Positions 49,702 through 60,900 of a stretch of DNA of 64,000 nt are shown here, piece after piece. A model generated the notes under the pieces. That model saw nothing but the letters and a program-made list of their open reading frames with translations. It ran no database searches and was not told the DNA's origin. Within the stretch, counting starts at the first letter, position 1. Every line of letters starts with the position of its first letter. The position numbers and the translations under genes are program-made. This DNA comes from a bacterium (GTDB taxonomy: Bacteria; SAR324; NAC60-12): NCBI GenBank assembly GCA_965209155.1, contig OZ242383.1, forward strand, positions 3,584,001 to 3,648,000, written 5' to 3'.

Positions 49702-50262
49702 TAATTAATCTCATTAAACCACCAGCTCTGCTGGTGCGAACCTAATAGGCTTTGCCGGTCAGACATGAGAAACGTATCCGTGTCCGTTAGCCGTGCTCGT
49801 GAACGGTCAGTGAATTCGACGGCACATTTTGGTTAACATAGAAACAATGCGATGAAGTAACTGTTTCCCTTCGTCAAATAAAGGAGGCTGGATGATCTTC
49901 AACACGTTTAAAACATCGAGAATAGCAGCGCATTCCATTGCGGAACCTCGGGCCAATGCATAGAATCGTTGCTTGTCAGGAAAGGAATTTTTTCCACAGC
50001 CTTCTGCGATATTGAGAGGAATCGACCATGAGGCCCTTTTCAGTTGGTCAACTAAGGCTGAGTATCCTTTTGGCCATGTTTCGATGACTTGGACAGATAA
50101 CGCTAAAAATTCGATGGAACATTGGTATACATCGAGTTTTTCATGATCTAAGATGGTAGCCTTTTTCGTTCACGAGCACGAGCACGTCATACGATGACGA
50201 ACACGTTTTGCCCTCATACTGGGGGCCTCTTCAAGCCACCGGCTCTGCCGGTGGTGATGACT
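49702..50262. mobile_element. Second copy of the IS200/IS605-end, four-helix-bundle element
   Basis: Near-identical to 15922-16488, one 6-bp GCTCGT unit shorter; flanks unrelated. Confidence 0.8.
49807..50154 (-). pseudogene. Four-helix-bundle protein, frame open but start codon is ATC
   Basis: Codon 34 is TTA (no stop), but the ATG of copy 1 reads ATC at 50154-50152. Confidence 0.82.
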
Positions 50263-50335
50263 ATTAAATTATTGATTTTATAAATTAAATTTCAAATCCT
50301 GATTCGCATAATCCCATATAAAGAAGTACTGAAGC

Positions 50336-51529
50336 ATGTTGACCGGTTTTTGCAACTTACTGCGAGATTTCGGAATTCCCATTTCCCTGCATGAAGTGAT
50401 GGATTTTCATCGAGGGCTTGAAAAAGGTTTGGTAAACGACCTGGACGAACTCTTTCTCTATGCGCGTCTCTCCATGGTCAAACGGGTGGAACACATGGAT
50501 TTATTCCAACGGGCCTTTGCTTATTATTTTTATGGAGTGGACCTCCCTGCCGTTGCAGAAGGTGACCCGGAAATATTCAAAACCTCCCAATTTCAGGAAT
50601 GGTTGCGCAATGCCGTTCAAAAGGGAGAAATTCCAAGAAATGCCTACTGGAATATGCCGGCCGAGGAGTTGATGAAGAAATTCTGGGATACGGTCAAAGA
50701 ACAGATGAAAGCGCATCACGGGGGTAACAAGTGGGTGGGTACCGGGGGGACCTCCCCTTTCGGCCATTCCGGGTTTGCAGAACGGGGAATCCGGGTTTAT
50801 GGATCTTCCGGCGCACGCTCTGCCATCAAAGTTATCGGAGATCGCAATTATATCAACTATTCGGCCGACCAAACCCTGAGCGGTGATAATATCCGACAGG
50901 CTCTGGAAAGTCTGAAACATTTAAAAAAAACGGGTCCGGAAGACGAGTTGAACCTCGATGAAACCATCCACCACACTGCTCGTAATGGTGGAGAAATCGA
51001 CTTGATTTTTCATCGTGAACTGAAAGACAAAATAAGAGTGGTGCTCTTGATCGACAATGGCGGCTATTCCATGACTCCATACGTCGATCTCACTCGCCTT
51101 CTTTTTTCCAAGATGCATGCCCGCTTTCGGGAATTCAGCACCTATTATTTCCACAATACTATTTACAATCGCGTTTATCAGGATCCAAGACGGACCAAGC
51201 CTTTTCTGACAAAAGATCTGCTTAAAAAATCGACGAATACGCGAATCATCATTTTGGGTGACGCCAGCATGGCCCCCGAAGAACTGGCACATCCCCATGG
51301 GTCAATCTATATTGACGACCTTCAACCCATTTCCAGCCTGGACTGGCTCAAGAAGTTAAAAAAACGATTCCCTTATATCGTCTGGCTGAACCCCATTCCC
51401 CGTCATGAATGGAATTACGGCGTTTGGACGCTCGACAAAATCCGGGAACTCTTTCATATGGAAGAATTGACGCTGCGTGGTATCAAGCAAATGGTCGACT
51501 ATTTGAACCGCCACTCCGCCGCGCATTGA
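50336..51529 (+). CDS. VWA-domain CoxE-like protein, partner of the upstream MoxR
   Basis: H.GGNKWVGTGGTSPFGHSG, D.GG.SM, YYFHN, GDASMAP.EL, WLNP. Confidence 0.85.
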   Translation: MLTGFCNLLRDFGIPISLHEVMDFHRGLEKGLVNDLDELFLYARLSMVKRVEHMDLFQRAFAYYFYGVDLPAVAEGDPEIFKTSQFQEWLRNAVQKGEIPRNAYWNMPAEELMKKFWDTVKEQMKAHHGGNKWVGTGGTSPFGHSGFAERGIRVYGSSGARSAIKVIGDRNYINYSADQTLSGDNIRQALESLKHLKKTGPEDELNLDETIHHTARNGGEIDLIFHRELKDKIRVVLLIDNGGYSMTPYVDLTRLLFSKMHARFREFSTYYFHNTIYNRVYQDPRRTKPFLTKDLLKKSTNTRIIILGDASMAPEELAHPHGSIYIDDLQPISSLDWLKKLKKRFPYIVWLNPIPRHEWNYGVWTLDKIRELFHMEELTLRGIKQMVDYLNRHSAAH

Positions 51530-51548
51530 ACCGATTTTTGGAGTCTCC

Positions 51549-52433
51549 ATGATTACAGACGAAGAACGCTATCCTAAAAAACAAGCAAAGATTTTTGGTT
51601 CCCGCATGAGTTACGTGGAGGAGGGAAGCGGGGATCCCATAGTTTTCCTGCATGGCAATCCGACTTCATCCTATCTCTGGCGTAACATCATTCCATTCGC
51701 CCTTGATTTTGGACGCTGCATTGCGCCGGACCTGGCAGGCATGGGCGATTCGGAAAAACTGTCAAACAGCGGACCGGATTCATATACGTTTTCTGAGCAC
51801 CGTCGCTATCTTGATGCCTTGCTCGCGTACCTGGAAGTTAAGGAGAACGTGACCTTCGTTGTCCACGATTGGGGCTCTGCCCTCGGTTTTGACTGGTCCA
51901 ATCGCCATCGTGACCAGGTGAAGGGGCTGGTTTATATGGAAGCGCTCGTCTGCCCCCTTGAATGGGATGACTGGCCGGAAGTGGCCCGTAACGTATTCCG
52001 GGGATTTCGCTCTCCGGGAGGGGAGAGTATGATTTTAGAAAAAAATATATTTGTGGAAAGACTGCTCCCCCATTCGGTGATCCGTGAACTGACGGAAGCG
52101 GAAATGGCGGTCTACCGTCGTCCTTATTTGCAAACAGGAGAAAGTCGTCGCCCCACTTTGACCTGGCCTCGTCAAATTCCCATTGCGAATGAACCGGAAG
52201 ACGTGGCTGTCGTTGTCACGGACTTTGGCCAATGGTTGTCTTCCTCCCTGCTTCCAAAACTATTCGTCAATGCGCACCCCGGGATGATCCTGCTCGGTCG
52301 GCAACGTGAATTTTGTCGCCTTTGGCCGAATCAAGAAGAAGTCACGGTGAAAGGCTTGCACTTCATACAAGAAGACTCTCCGGTTGAAATCGGTAAGGCC
52401 CTGGCTGCCTTTCTGAAAAAAATCCGTACATGA
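51549..52433 (+). CDS. Haloalkane dehalogenase (LinB/DhaA-like)
   Basis: FLHGNPTSSYLWRN, nucleophile HDWG, YMEA, TWPR, GLHFIQEDSP. Confidence 0.92.
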   Translation: MITDEERYPKKQAKIFGSRMSYVEEGSGDPIVFLHGNPTSSYLWRNIIPFALDFGRCIAPDLAGMGDSEKLSNSGPDSYTFSEHRRYLDALLAYLEVKENVTFVVHDWGSALGFDWSNRHRDQVKGLVYMEALVCPLEWDDWPEVARNVFRGFRSPGGESMILEKNIFVERLLPHSVIRELTEAEMAVYRRPYLQTGESRRPTLTWPRQIPIANEPEDVAVVVTDFGQWLSSSLLPKLFVNAHPGMILLGRQREFCRLWPNQEEVTVKGLHFIQEDSPVEIGKALAAFLKKIRT

Positions 52434-52613
52434 ACCATTCGCTCAGACGGTTCCTTTTTCATGGGATCGCTCCTGATTCCAAGGCATCGGGCCTTTCCTG
52501 GCGCAATCGAGTATTGAATTGACTTTTTTACAGGAAGGGGTCAAATATTCTGACCTTTTCAGGAAAAAGACATTTTCAATACTTGCCCCTCTTTCTGAAA
52601 AATTGGAATTGGC

Positions 52614-53378
52614 ATGAGAACGCTGCTTTCCTTCCTCATCTTCCTCATCGGCCCTTGCGCAATAGCGCAGCAATCGTCCCACAAAATCGGAACTGCCGGG
52701 GATGAATTCACTTTCATCCGCATTCAATATGACAATTTCGGTACCTGGGGCGATGAGTATTCATGGGGGGGTTGGTCCAGTTGGTCGGTTGATTATCCGG
52801 ATGCCGATTACAATTTTCTGCGAGGAGTGACCCGACTGACCAATATCCATATCAATGCCGACCCGGAGGTCTTGCGTTTGGACGATGAGCGGATTTTTGA
52901 ATATCCCTTTCTCTATATGTTGGAAATGGGACGTGGAAAAGGGCCGGATTTCAACGAAAAAGAAATCAGTAACCTGCGCGAATATCTCCTGCGAGGAGGC
53001 TTCCTTTTCATCGACGATTTTTGGGGAACCCTGGAATGGGACTACTTTTACAACGCATTTTCCAAAGTTTTTCCAGACCGTCCGGTGGTGGAACTTGATA
53101 AAACTCATCCCATTTTCCATTGTTTCTATGATATCGACGGCCCCCAAATGATTCCCTCAATCGTTAACAGCTTCTACAATTATCCGGAACAGGACGTAGC
53201 CGAAGCCATCAATCGAGCAATTCTTGACGACGAAGGGAGAGTGATGGTGTTGATCAATTGGAATTCCGACATAGGCGATGGTTGGGAACATACCTATCAT
53301 CCGGACTATCCAACCAAATACGCCAACCTGGCATACCAATTGGGAATCAATTATTTGATTTATGCCATGACCCATTGA
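52614..53378 (+). CDS. DUF4159 domain secreted protein
   Basis: Signal peptide, W..DYP, LREYL.RGGFL.IDDF, D.GDGWE, G.N...YA.TH. Confidence 0.85.
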   Translation: MRTLLSFLIFLIGPCAIAQQSSHKIGTAGDEFTFIRIQYDNFGTWGDEYSWGGWSSWSVDYPDADYNFLRGVTRLTNIHINADPEVLRLDDERIFEYPFLYMLEMGRGKGPDFNEKEISNLREYLLRGGFLFIDDFWGTLEWDYFYNAFSKVFPDRPVVELDKTHPIFHCFYDIDGPQMIPSIVNSFYNYPEQDVAEAINRAILDDEGRVMVLINWNSDIGDGWEHTYHPDYPTKYANLAYQLGINYLIYAMTH

Positions 53379-53419
53379 TACTTAACCCAAGTTCAAGATG
53401 ATTCTTCAAGAATATGAAC

Positions 53420-53657
53420 GTGAATCAGGAGTATAAAACGTGTCATTCCTTGTTTGACCAGGATTCCGGGGAGATCCGGGAGCAGCATGACACATTGTAA
53501 TTATTGAAATAACGTGAATCAGGAGTATAAAACGTGTCATTCCTTGTTTGACCAGGAATCCAGGGGGGCGATATTTTGGATGCCTGATCAAGCCCGGGAG
53601 GGATCCGGTTTTGTTTCTGGTAGTCTAATCCTGGATTCTTGCTTCCGCAGGAATGAC
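53420..53657. repeat. REP-like palindrome cluster
   Basis: CGTGAATCAGGAGTATAAAACGTGTCATTCCTTGTTTGACCAGGA x2 plus GGATTCTTGCTTCCGCAGGAATGAC. Confidence 0.85.
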
Positions 53658-53754
53658 AAGGATTTTCAAAGAAATGAGGAGGGATAGTGGGACACGATGA
53701 ATCAACCAACATCGTTAGATACGCTGCTCACTACCTGGGCATTGGGGGGGAGCC

Positions 53755-54810
53755 ATGATCGATTCAAAATCAGGGTGGGAAGCGCCTTCTGACAAGTCAG
53801 CAAACCAACATAGCGCGGACCTGACCCTGGTATCCCGCATGAAGGAAGGACGGGAAATGATGATCCGGGAGTTGAAAAAGGTCATCGTGGGACAGGACGA
53901 CGTGATCGAAGAAGTACTCATTGCATTGTTCACAGGAGGGCATTGTTTGATAACCGGCGTTCCCGGACTTGCCAAAACCCTTCTCATCAAAACCATCGCG
54001 GATATCCTGAAACTTCGATTCAGTCGCATTCAATTCACTCCCGACTTGATGCCTTCAGACGTGGTAGGAACCGAAGTGGTGGAAGAAGACCGTGCCACAG
54101 GACGTCGAACTTTAAAGTTTGTGAAGGGGCCCATTTTTGCCAATATTTTGCTTGCCGATGAAATCAATCGAACGCCTCCCAAAACCCAATCGGCCTTATT
54201 GGAAGCGATGGAGGAAAAGCAAGTTACTGCTGCAGGTACCACTTATCGGATGGACGAGCCTTTTTTTGTCTTGGCCACGCAAAACCCGATTGAATTGGAA
54301 GGCACTTATCCTTTACCCGAGGCTCAATTGGACCGCTTCATGTTCAAGATCTTAATCGATTACTTACCCGAGAAGGATGAAATCGAGGTGGTGAAGAGTA
54401 CGACTCGAATCTTCGATACCTCCGTAGACAATCTTCTCAGCGGGCAGGACATTCTTGAATTTCAAAACATCGTCCGGCTGGTTCCGGCAGAAGGGGCAGT
54501 CACGCAATACGCAGTACGGCTGGTTCGAAGCAGTCGACCCTCGACTCCCAATGCTCCTGAATTCGTCAAAGATTGGGTAAGTTGGGGTGCCGGACTCCGC
54601 GCATCTCAATTTTTGATCTTGGGAGGAAAAGTAAGAGCATTGCTTCAGGGTCGTTACAACGTCTCATTCAATGACATCCGCGCGCTCGCTCATCCCGTCA
54701 TGCGGCATCGCATTCTACTTAATTTTCATGCCGAAGCAGAGCGCATCGACACCACGCAGGTGATCAACAAACTGCTGGAAGTGGTTCCCGAACCAAGTTC
54801 CGGCCTCTGA
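53755..54810 (+). CDS. moxR: MoxR proper AAA+ ATPase
   Basis: GVPGLAKT, RIQFTPDLMPSD, LADEINR, ATQNP, LPEAQLDRF. Confidence 0.93.
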   Translation: MIDSKSGWEAPSDKSANQHSADLTLVSRMKEGREMMIRELKKVIVGQDDVIEEVLIALFTGGHCLITGVPGLAKTLLIKTIADILKLRFSRIQFTPDLMPSDVVGTEVVEEDRATGRRTLKFVKGPIFANILLADEINRTPPKTQSALLEAMEEKQVTAAGTTYRMDEPFFVLATQNPIELEGTYPLPEAQLDRFMFKILIDYLPEKDEIEVVKSTTRIFDTSVDNLLSGQDILEFQNIVRLVPAEGAVTQYAVRLVRSSRPSTPNAPEFVKDWVSWGAGLRASQFLILGGKVRALLQGRYNVSFNDIRALAHPVMRHRILLNFHAEAERIDTTQVINKLLEVVPEPSSGL

Positions 54811-54823
54811 CAATAAGCAGCGC

Positions 54824-55732
54824 ATGGTTGACGAACTTCGTTTTCTGCAACCTTCGGTTTTGGCCAGTATTTCCAATATGGAACTGCGCGCTAAAACGGT
54901 GGTAGAAGGTTTCCTCAATGGATTGCACAAAAGCCCGACCCGGGGGTTCAGCGTGGATTTTACCGACTATCGCCATTATAATTCCGGTGATGACATCCGG
55001 CGTATCGATTGGAAATTATACGCCCGGTCCGACAAATATTATGTTAAGCAATTCGAAGACGAAACAAACGTCCGCTGTCACATTCTCCTGGATTGCAGCG
55101 CTTCGATGGGATACCAATCCGCAGCATTGAGCAAACTCGAGTATGCGCGAACCTTAGCCTCCGCCTTGGCTTATTTCATGATGAACCAAAAAGATGCAGT
55201 GGGTTTGATCACCTTCGATGAGAAAATTCGCGAGCATTTGCCCTCCCGCTATCGTCGGGGACATTTGATGCGAATCTTGAGAACCCTGGCCCGGGTACAA
55301 CCAGGGAACCGAACGAATTTCATGAAGCCGGTTATCGACCTGGCCATCAGTCTGAACCGGAAGAGCCTGATTATCCTGATCAGTGACCTGCTCGACGATC
55401 AACCCACCGACGCGGAAGAATCGGTGGTGAAGGCAATACGGAAGCTTCGTTTCAAAGGCAACGACGTTATCGTCTTTCATGTCATGGATGATGCGGAATT
55501 GAACTTTCCCTTCGAGCAGATTTCCGAATTCGAAGACCTGGAAAGTCTGGAAACGATAACGACCGTACCCTCGGCAATCAGGGAATCCTACCTGCAAGAG
55601 CTCAATAATTTTTGCAGCTCGTGCCGGAAGCAATGCTGGAATGGCGGGATCGACTATCACCTTTTAAATACCTCGGAACCAATGGATAGCGCTTTGTCTT
55701 CTTACCTGATGAGGCGTGCTAAAAGTTTTTAA
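54824..55732 (+). CDS. DUF58 domain protein
   Basis: G.H.S...G.S.DF..YR.Y..GDD.R.IDWK, D.S.SM, ISD. Confidence 0.92.
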   Translation: MVDELRFLQPSVLASISNMELRAKTVVEGFLNGLHKSPTRGFSVDFTDYRHYNSGDDIRRIDWKLYARSDKYYVKQFEDETNVRCHILLDCSASMGYQSAALSKLEYARTLASALAYFMMNQKDAVGLITFDEKIREHLPSRYRRGHLMRILRTLARVQPGNRTNFMKPVIDLAISLNRKSLIILISDLLDDQPTDAEESVVKAIRKLRFKGNDVIVFHVMDDAELNFPFEQISEFEDLESLETITTVPSAIRESYLQELNNFCSSCRKQCWNGGIDYHLLNTSEPMDSALSSYLMRRAKSF

Positions 55733-55751
55733 TCGCATCGGGGGAATTCGC

Positions 55752-57914
55752 ATGTCTTTTCTCACTCCCTGGTTTCTGCTGGCAAGCGCAGGTATTCTCA
55801 TTCCCATCGCCATTCATATGATCCGCAGAAAAAAAGCCATCAAAGTGGCTTTTACCACCCTTCGTTTCCTGAGGACGACATCGAAAAAAATGGTTTATTT
55901 TCAGCAGGTCCGCCAATGGTTGCTTTTGCTCATCCGAACGCTGATATTTCTACTCTTGGCTCTCGCCTTTGCCCGTCCATTCCTGGGAGCATTTTCGCAA
56001 ATCAAAGGGTTGTCTCCTCAATCTGCCGTGATCCTCCTGGACACTTCCATGAGCATGCGCTATGGCGATCATTTTCCCCGGGCGAAGTCGGAAGTTGCCG
56101 GAATTTTGCGGTCTTTTCAACCCGGGGATGAAGCGGCCCTGATAACTTTTTCAGAAAAAACCGGCAAGCTCAAAGGATTGACCGCAGACCTGGAAGAACT
56201 GAGAGCTTTCCTCTCTGGCCTGGACAGCCCCGATTACCAGGGAACTCGATATCTGCCGGCACTGAAGCTTGCGGACCAGCTCCTGCGGTCGGCTCGTTAC
56301 CCGGATCGCGTCGTCTATCTCGTTTCGGATTTCCAAAAACGGGCATTCGATCGTTTGGACCACGCGTGGCGATTCAGTCCGGGAATTATTTTGAAATCTA
56401 TAAAAATTGGAGAGGAAAACACTTCAAACCTTGCAGTCAGCGATGTTAAATCTCCCAACCTGTTGGAGTCGCATGGAAAAGCGCTTTCCATTCTGGCAAG
56501 AATTCGAAGTCTTGGCAGCCAACATCTCTCGCAAGCAAAAGTATCCTTGATGATGGAGCGGGCGAACGGACAACTGCAAAAGGTAAAAACCCAAGCTGTG
56601 GACCTGGTCTATCAATCGGAAGCGGTGGTGACGTTTCAAACCAGAATCGACAGGGGAAGCGAGAGTGATGGACCCACCATGCAACGATTCGCTCAGCGTG
56701 GGGCAGTGGTGATCGAAGATGATCACTTGCAACCCGACAACATCTTTCGTTTCACCATGCCCCTCCCTTCGCCCATTCGGATATTGGCAGTGAACGGGGA
56801 ATCCGACCAGGATTGGTATGACGATGAAAGTCATTGGTTTCGCCTGGCATTAGGAGATTCAAGGGATCATCGTGGGGGGGGTAGTGGGAGCGAACCCAAT
56901 TCACCGGAAATCCAACCAGACGAACCGTCATATTTTCTATTGGACGTGGTCGAGCCCCACCAGCTCGACCTGCAATCTCCGCACTCTTACCATGTCGTGG
57001 TCCTGCTGAACGTCGGGCAACTCGCTCAAAAGAATTTGAACTCCATTCATTCATACGTCTCGCGGGGAGGCAACCTGCTGATTGCTCTTGGAGACCAAGT
57101 AGACGCCAAAGGATTCAATCGCAGTTTTTCAAAAATTACCCCGCTCGTTTTGGAAGGAAAACGGATCCTCGACCTTGATTACCGGGTAATCACCGATTTC
57201 GATTCCCGGCATCCTTTGTTTCAGACTTTGCAAAGAAATACGGAGATTGACTTTGGAACTGCCCGGTTTAAAGGTTACTGGTCGGGGACTGCTAAGGAAG
57301 GGAGTCAAATCCTTATGCAATTCGATAATGGGGCTCCGGCGCTTGTGGAGGAAAATTTCGGCAATGGCCGCGTATTGCTACTGACCAGTTCATTCGATAC
57401 GGAATGGAGTAACCTCCCTTTGCAAGTATGGTTTCTTCCCTGGTTGCACGAATCGTTGCGCTATTTATCTCGACTTGAAGAAAAAAAACGAGCTTATCGC
57501 GTCGATGAACCGGTTCCCATTCATTTACCACCACGGACGCTGATACACGTCGTCTCACCTCAGGATCATAGAACCGAACTGGTCGCTCAACCACAATCGG
57601 CCGAAACTGGTGAACGCCAGTTCTACAGACAAACCGGGACTCCGGGGTTTTACCAGGTCCGCAGCAACGATTTTCAGGATTTCTTTGCCGTCAATCCTGA
57701 CCCCGAAGAATCGGATTTGACGACAATCGACCCCCGTACGCTTCGCAACCTGGTGGTCAATCCGGAAAGTGAAACGCAAACTTTGGAGAAAACGCAGGTC
57801 TCCTTTCACAACCTCCAGGAGGAAAAATCCCAACGCTTCTGGTGGTGGCTCCTTCTTTTAGTCGTACTTCTGGCAATAGGGGAAACGTTGCTGGCAAATC
57901 GGACGTTCCGGTAG
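55752..57914 (+). CDS. BatA N-terminal domain plus VWA protein
   Basis: MSFLTPW..L....IPI.IH, LALAFARP, MIDAS LDTSMSM, VSDFQ, C-terminal TM. Confidence 0.88.
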   Translation: MSFLTPWFLLASAGILIPIAIHMIRRKKAIKVAFTTLRFLRTTSKKMVYFQQVRQWLLLLIRTLIFLLLALAFARPFLGAFSQIKGLSPQSAVILLDTSMSMRYGDHFPRAKSEVAGILRSFQPGDEAALITFSEKTGKLKGLTADLEELRAFLSGLDSPDYQGTRYLPALKLADQLLRSARYPDRVVYLVSDFQKRAFDRLDHAWRFSPGIILKSIKIGEENTSNLAVSDVKSPNLLESHGKALSILARIRSLGSQHLSQAKVSLMMERANGQLQKVKTQAVDLVYQSEAVVTFQTRIDRGSESDGPTMQRFAQRGAVVIEDDHLQPDNIFRFTMPLPSPIRILAVNGESDQDWYDDESHWFRLALGDSRDHRGGGSGSEPNSPEIQPDEPSYFLLDVVEPHQLDLQSPHSYHVVVLLNVGQLAQKNLNSIHSYVSRGGNLLIALGDQVDAKGFNRSFSKITPLVLEGKRILDLDYRVITDFDSRHPLFQTLQRNTEIDFGTARFKGYWSGTAKEGSQILMQFDNGAPALVEENFGNGRVLLLTSSFDTEWSNLPLQVWFLPWLHESLRYLSRLEEKKRAYRVDEPVPIHLPPRTLIHVVSPQDHRTELVAQPQSAETGERQFYRQTGTPGFYQVRSNDFQDFFAVNPDPEESDLTTIDPRTLRNLVVNPESETQTLEKTQVSFHNLQEEKSQRFWWWLLLLVVLLAIGETLLANRTFR

Positions 57915-57927
57915 AAAATCAAGTGGG

Positions 57928-60900
57928 GTGTATATGTCCTTATCCGCAATTGAAAATTTACGCGTAAAAATCAAAAACGTGCGACAACGCCGCAAGCGAG
58001 TATTTCTCCTGTGGCAATACAGTCTGATAATGACGGGAGCGGCAACCTTTTTTCTCATTTTCGGTTGGTTGGAGATGTCGTTTCATTTTTCCCGGCAAGG
58101 ACTCATTTTCTTATTTTTCCTCTGGATTCTGGGTTTGGTTTCCACGATCGCCTGGAATATTGTAATGGTGCGTCGCTGGGACAGCGACCGGCAGCGCCTT
58201 GCTCAATACGTGGAAGACCGGCTCCCGGACCTGGAGCAGAGACTTCTCACATCCATCGAGCTCGACCAGGGCGCGCATCCGCAAAAAAGTGACAGTGGAT
58301 TTCAACCAGGTCACCCGGCGAGTCGAAGTGGCGTCTCTGCTCAATTGGTCACGCGACTCTGGGAAGATGCGCTTGCCCACGTCCAGCATCGAAAAATCGA
58401 AGACATTGCGTCATTCCGTAAAGCATGGCCGGTATTGGGCACCGCCTGCGTAATATCGTTTTTCTGGATAATCATGCTTTTCACTTCGGTTGATTTTTTT
58501 CATGCCAGCGCCCGCATTCTCTGGCCCTGGCATCCTGCAGGGATGGAAAAATCGACCGCCGTTCTGAAAGTGACGCCTGGTGACCTGCGCATGCAAAAGG
58601 GGAACGACCTCACGATCGTAGCGACGGTGGAGAATTTTATTCCACAGCAGGTCGATCTTCACCTGCAATCCAATCGTATGAGCTGGGATTCCACACCAAT
58701 GCGCCCTGAAGACGGTGAGCAGACCTTCATTTATTTTCTCTCATCGCTGCAAGAAGATTTCAGTTATTTTGTCGATATCGGTGAAAAACGCTCTCGTCAG
58801 TATGAAATCTCCGTATTCGAAATGCCGCGTTTGGAAAAGCTCACAGTGGATTATGATTATCCGGATTACACGGGAATGCCGTCCAGTATGGGTAAAACGG
58901 AAGGTGATGTCATCGCTCCACGAGGGACCCGGATCACGCTGTATGCGACTTTCAACAAACCGCTCAGCAGGGCCACTCTTCAATTCAACGATGGCACGAT
59001 GGTAGAACTGACTTCCATGGAAAATTCCACACCAGCAGTCCAGCCTGGCAATTTGAGCCGCCGTGGTAGTTTTACCGTCGATAAAGACGCGACTTATACC
59101 ATCAAGGTGCTGGATCAGGAAAACCTGGAAAACGTCAACCCCCAAGAATACTTCGTCCAGGCAATTCCCGACACCCCCCCTCGATTGACATTGCTCCATC
59201 CTGGAAAAGACCGGAAAGTTACCTCCCTGGAGGAAGTTTTCCTGCGAGCATCAGCATCGGATGATTATGGTCTGAATAATTTTTCCCTTCATTACAGTAT
59301 TGCCGGAAGAGAGGAGCGGAAAGTCTCCTTATTAACGGAACCCCAACAAAAACTCGATCTCAGCATAGAGGGCGAAACACTGATCTACTTGGAGGATCTG
59401 CTGGTAAAACCCGGGGATTTTGTCTCATATTTTTTATCTGCCGCAGACAACAATGGTCTGGATGGTTCCCATGAAGTGTTCTCTGATATTTATTTTCTCG
59501 AAGTGATTTCCACCGAGGAAGAATTTCGCCGGGCCGCGCCTGGTCCGCGTGGTGGCACTATGGGAGCCGAGGGCATGCAAGGAAGCCAGCAGGAATCCAG
59601 CGCCCTTGCGGAAAATCAAAAGAAAATCATTGCGGCAACCTGGAAATTATGGCAACGACAAAAAACTGCCGAGACCAATAAAATTGCGGAAGACACGCAA
59701 GTGGTGACCGATTCTCAATCCGAAGTGCTTCAACGCGCGCGTATGTCCTTACGTCGATTGAGAGAACGATTTTCATTCTCTGATGAATCCTACGACAGCG
59801 CCGTCATCCATATGGAAGAGGCAGTCGAACAAATGCAGTCGTCCTGGGAAAAACTGGATGCCCGCAAGTTGAAAGAAGCTTTGGTACCGCAGCAAATTGC
59901 TTTACAAGCTATTTTAAAAGCAGACGCGCTCAGTAAAAGAACCCGGATCGAGACCACTCGTAATCGCGGGCAGGGAGAAGGCAGTCGCCAACAACAAGAA
60001 CGGGATGATCTCAGGGAATTGTTTGAAATGGAAATGGGGCGTTTGGAGAATCGCTATGAGATGCCGGGACAAAACAGCGTGGCCCCTCAACAGGCTGGTC
60101 TGACAGGAGACATATTGGAACGGTTGCGAGAGTTGGCCCAGCGACAAGAACAGGTTCACCAGCGGCAAAACGACTTGCTTCGCCGTCAAAATCAAATCAC
60201 CGGAAATGAAATGAAACGTCACCTGGAAGAACTGAGGCGTGAACAGGAATCGTTACTACGCCAAACGGAAGAGCTTTCCCGGAGCGCCTCCCGGTTCACT
60301 CAACAGGGAATAGGAGGTAGACGTACCAATCGCGAGAATACCAATCGTATGCAACAACTCGACCTGGCATCCCGGCAAATGCGGGAAGCTGCCCGCAGTC
60401 TCATGCGTGAAGAGCCCGAAACCGCAGCCCGGCAAAGTCGCCAGGCCTTGGAGAAATTGCGTGAACAGGAAGAAACCATGCAAAATATGCAAAACAGGGA
60501 TTCCATGTCCAACCTGCTGGACGCCCTCAATCGGAAAGCATGGCAATTGCGAGAACAGGAAGATCAAATTCAAAAGGACCTGCAGCAAGCTCTTCGGGAA
60601 AACACCGAGGACTCGCAGGAAGAGTCCCTTGTTTCTGCAGAAAAGGGTGCATCGACGCAGGATGAATCTCAATCGTTCGTACAAGATGTCTTAAGTGGTA
60701 AAAAAGAGTTGGAGAAGGATATACGTGAAACCGAAAAGCTTCTACGCACGGTGCTGGCGCGGGGGAATGAAAAGCATCCCCAGGTTGCTTCCCGGGCGCT
60801 TGATGCATTGCGGACGCTTCAACGAGAACGATTGATCGATCGTATCGAGTATTCTCGATTTCTACTGGAAAATGGGAGGCTTGATGAATCTGAAATAATG

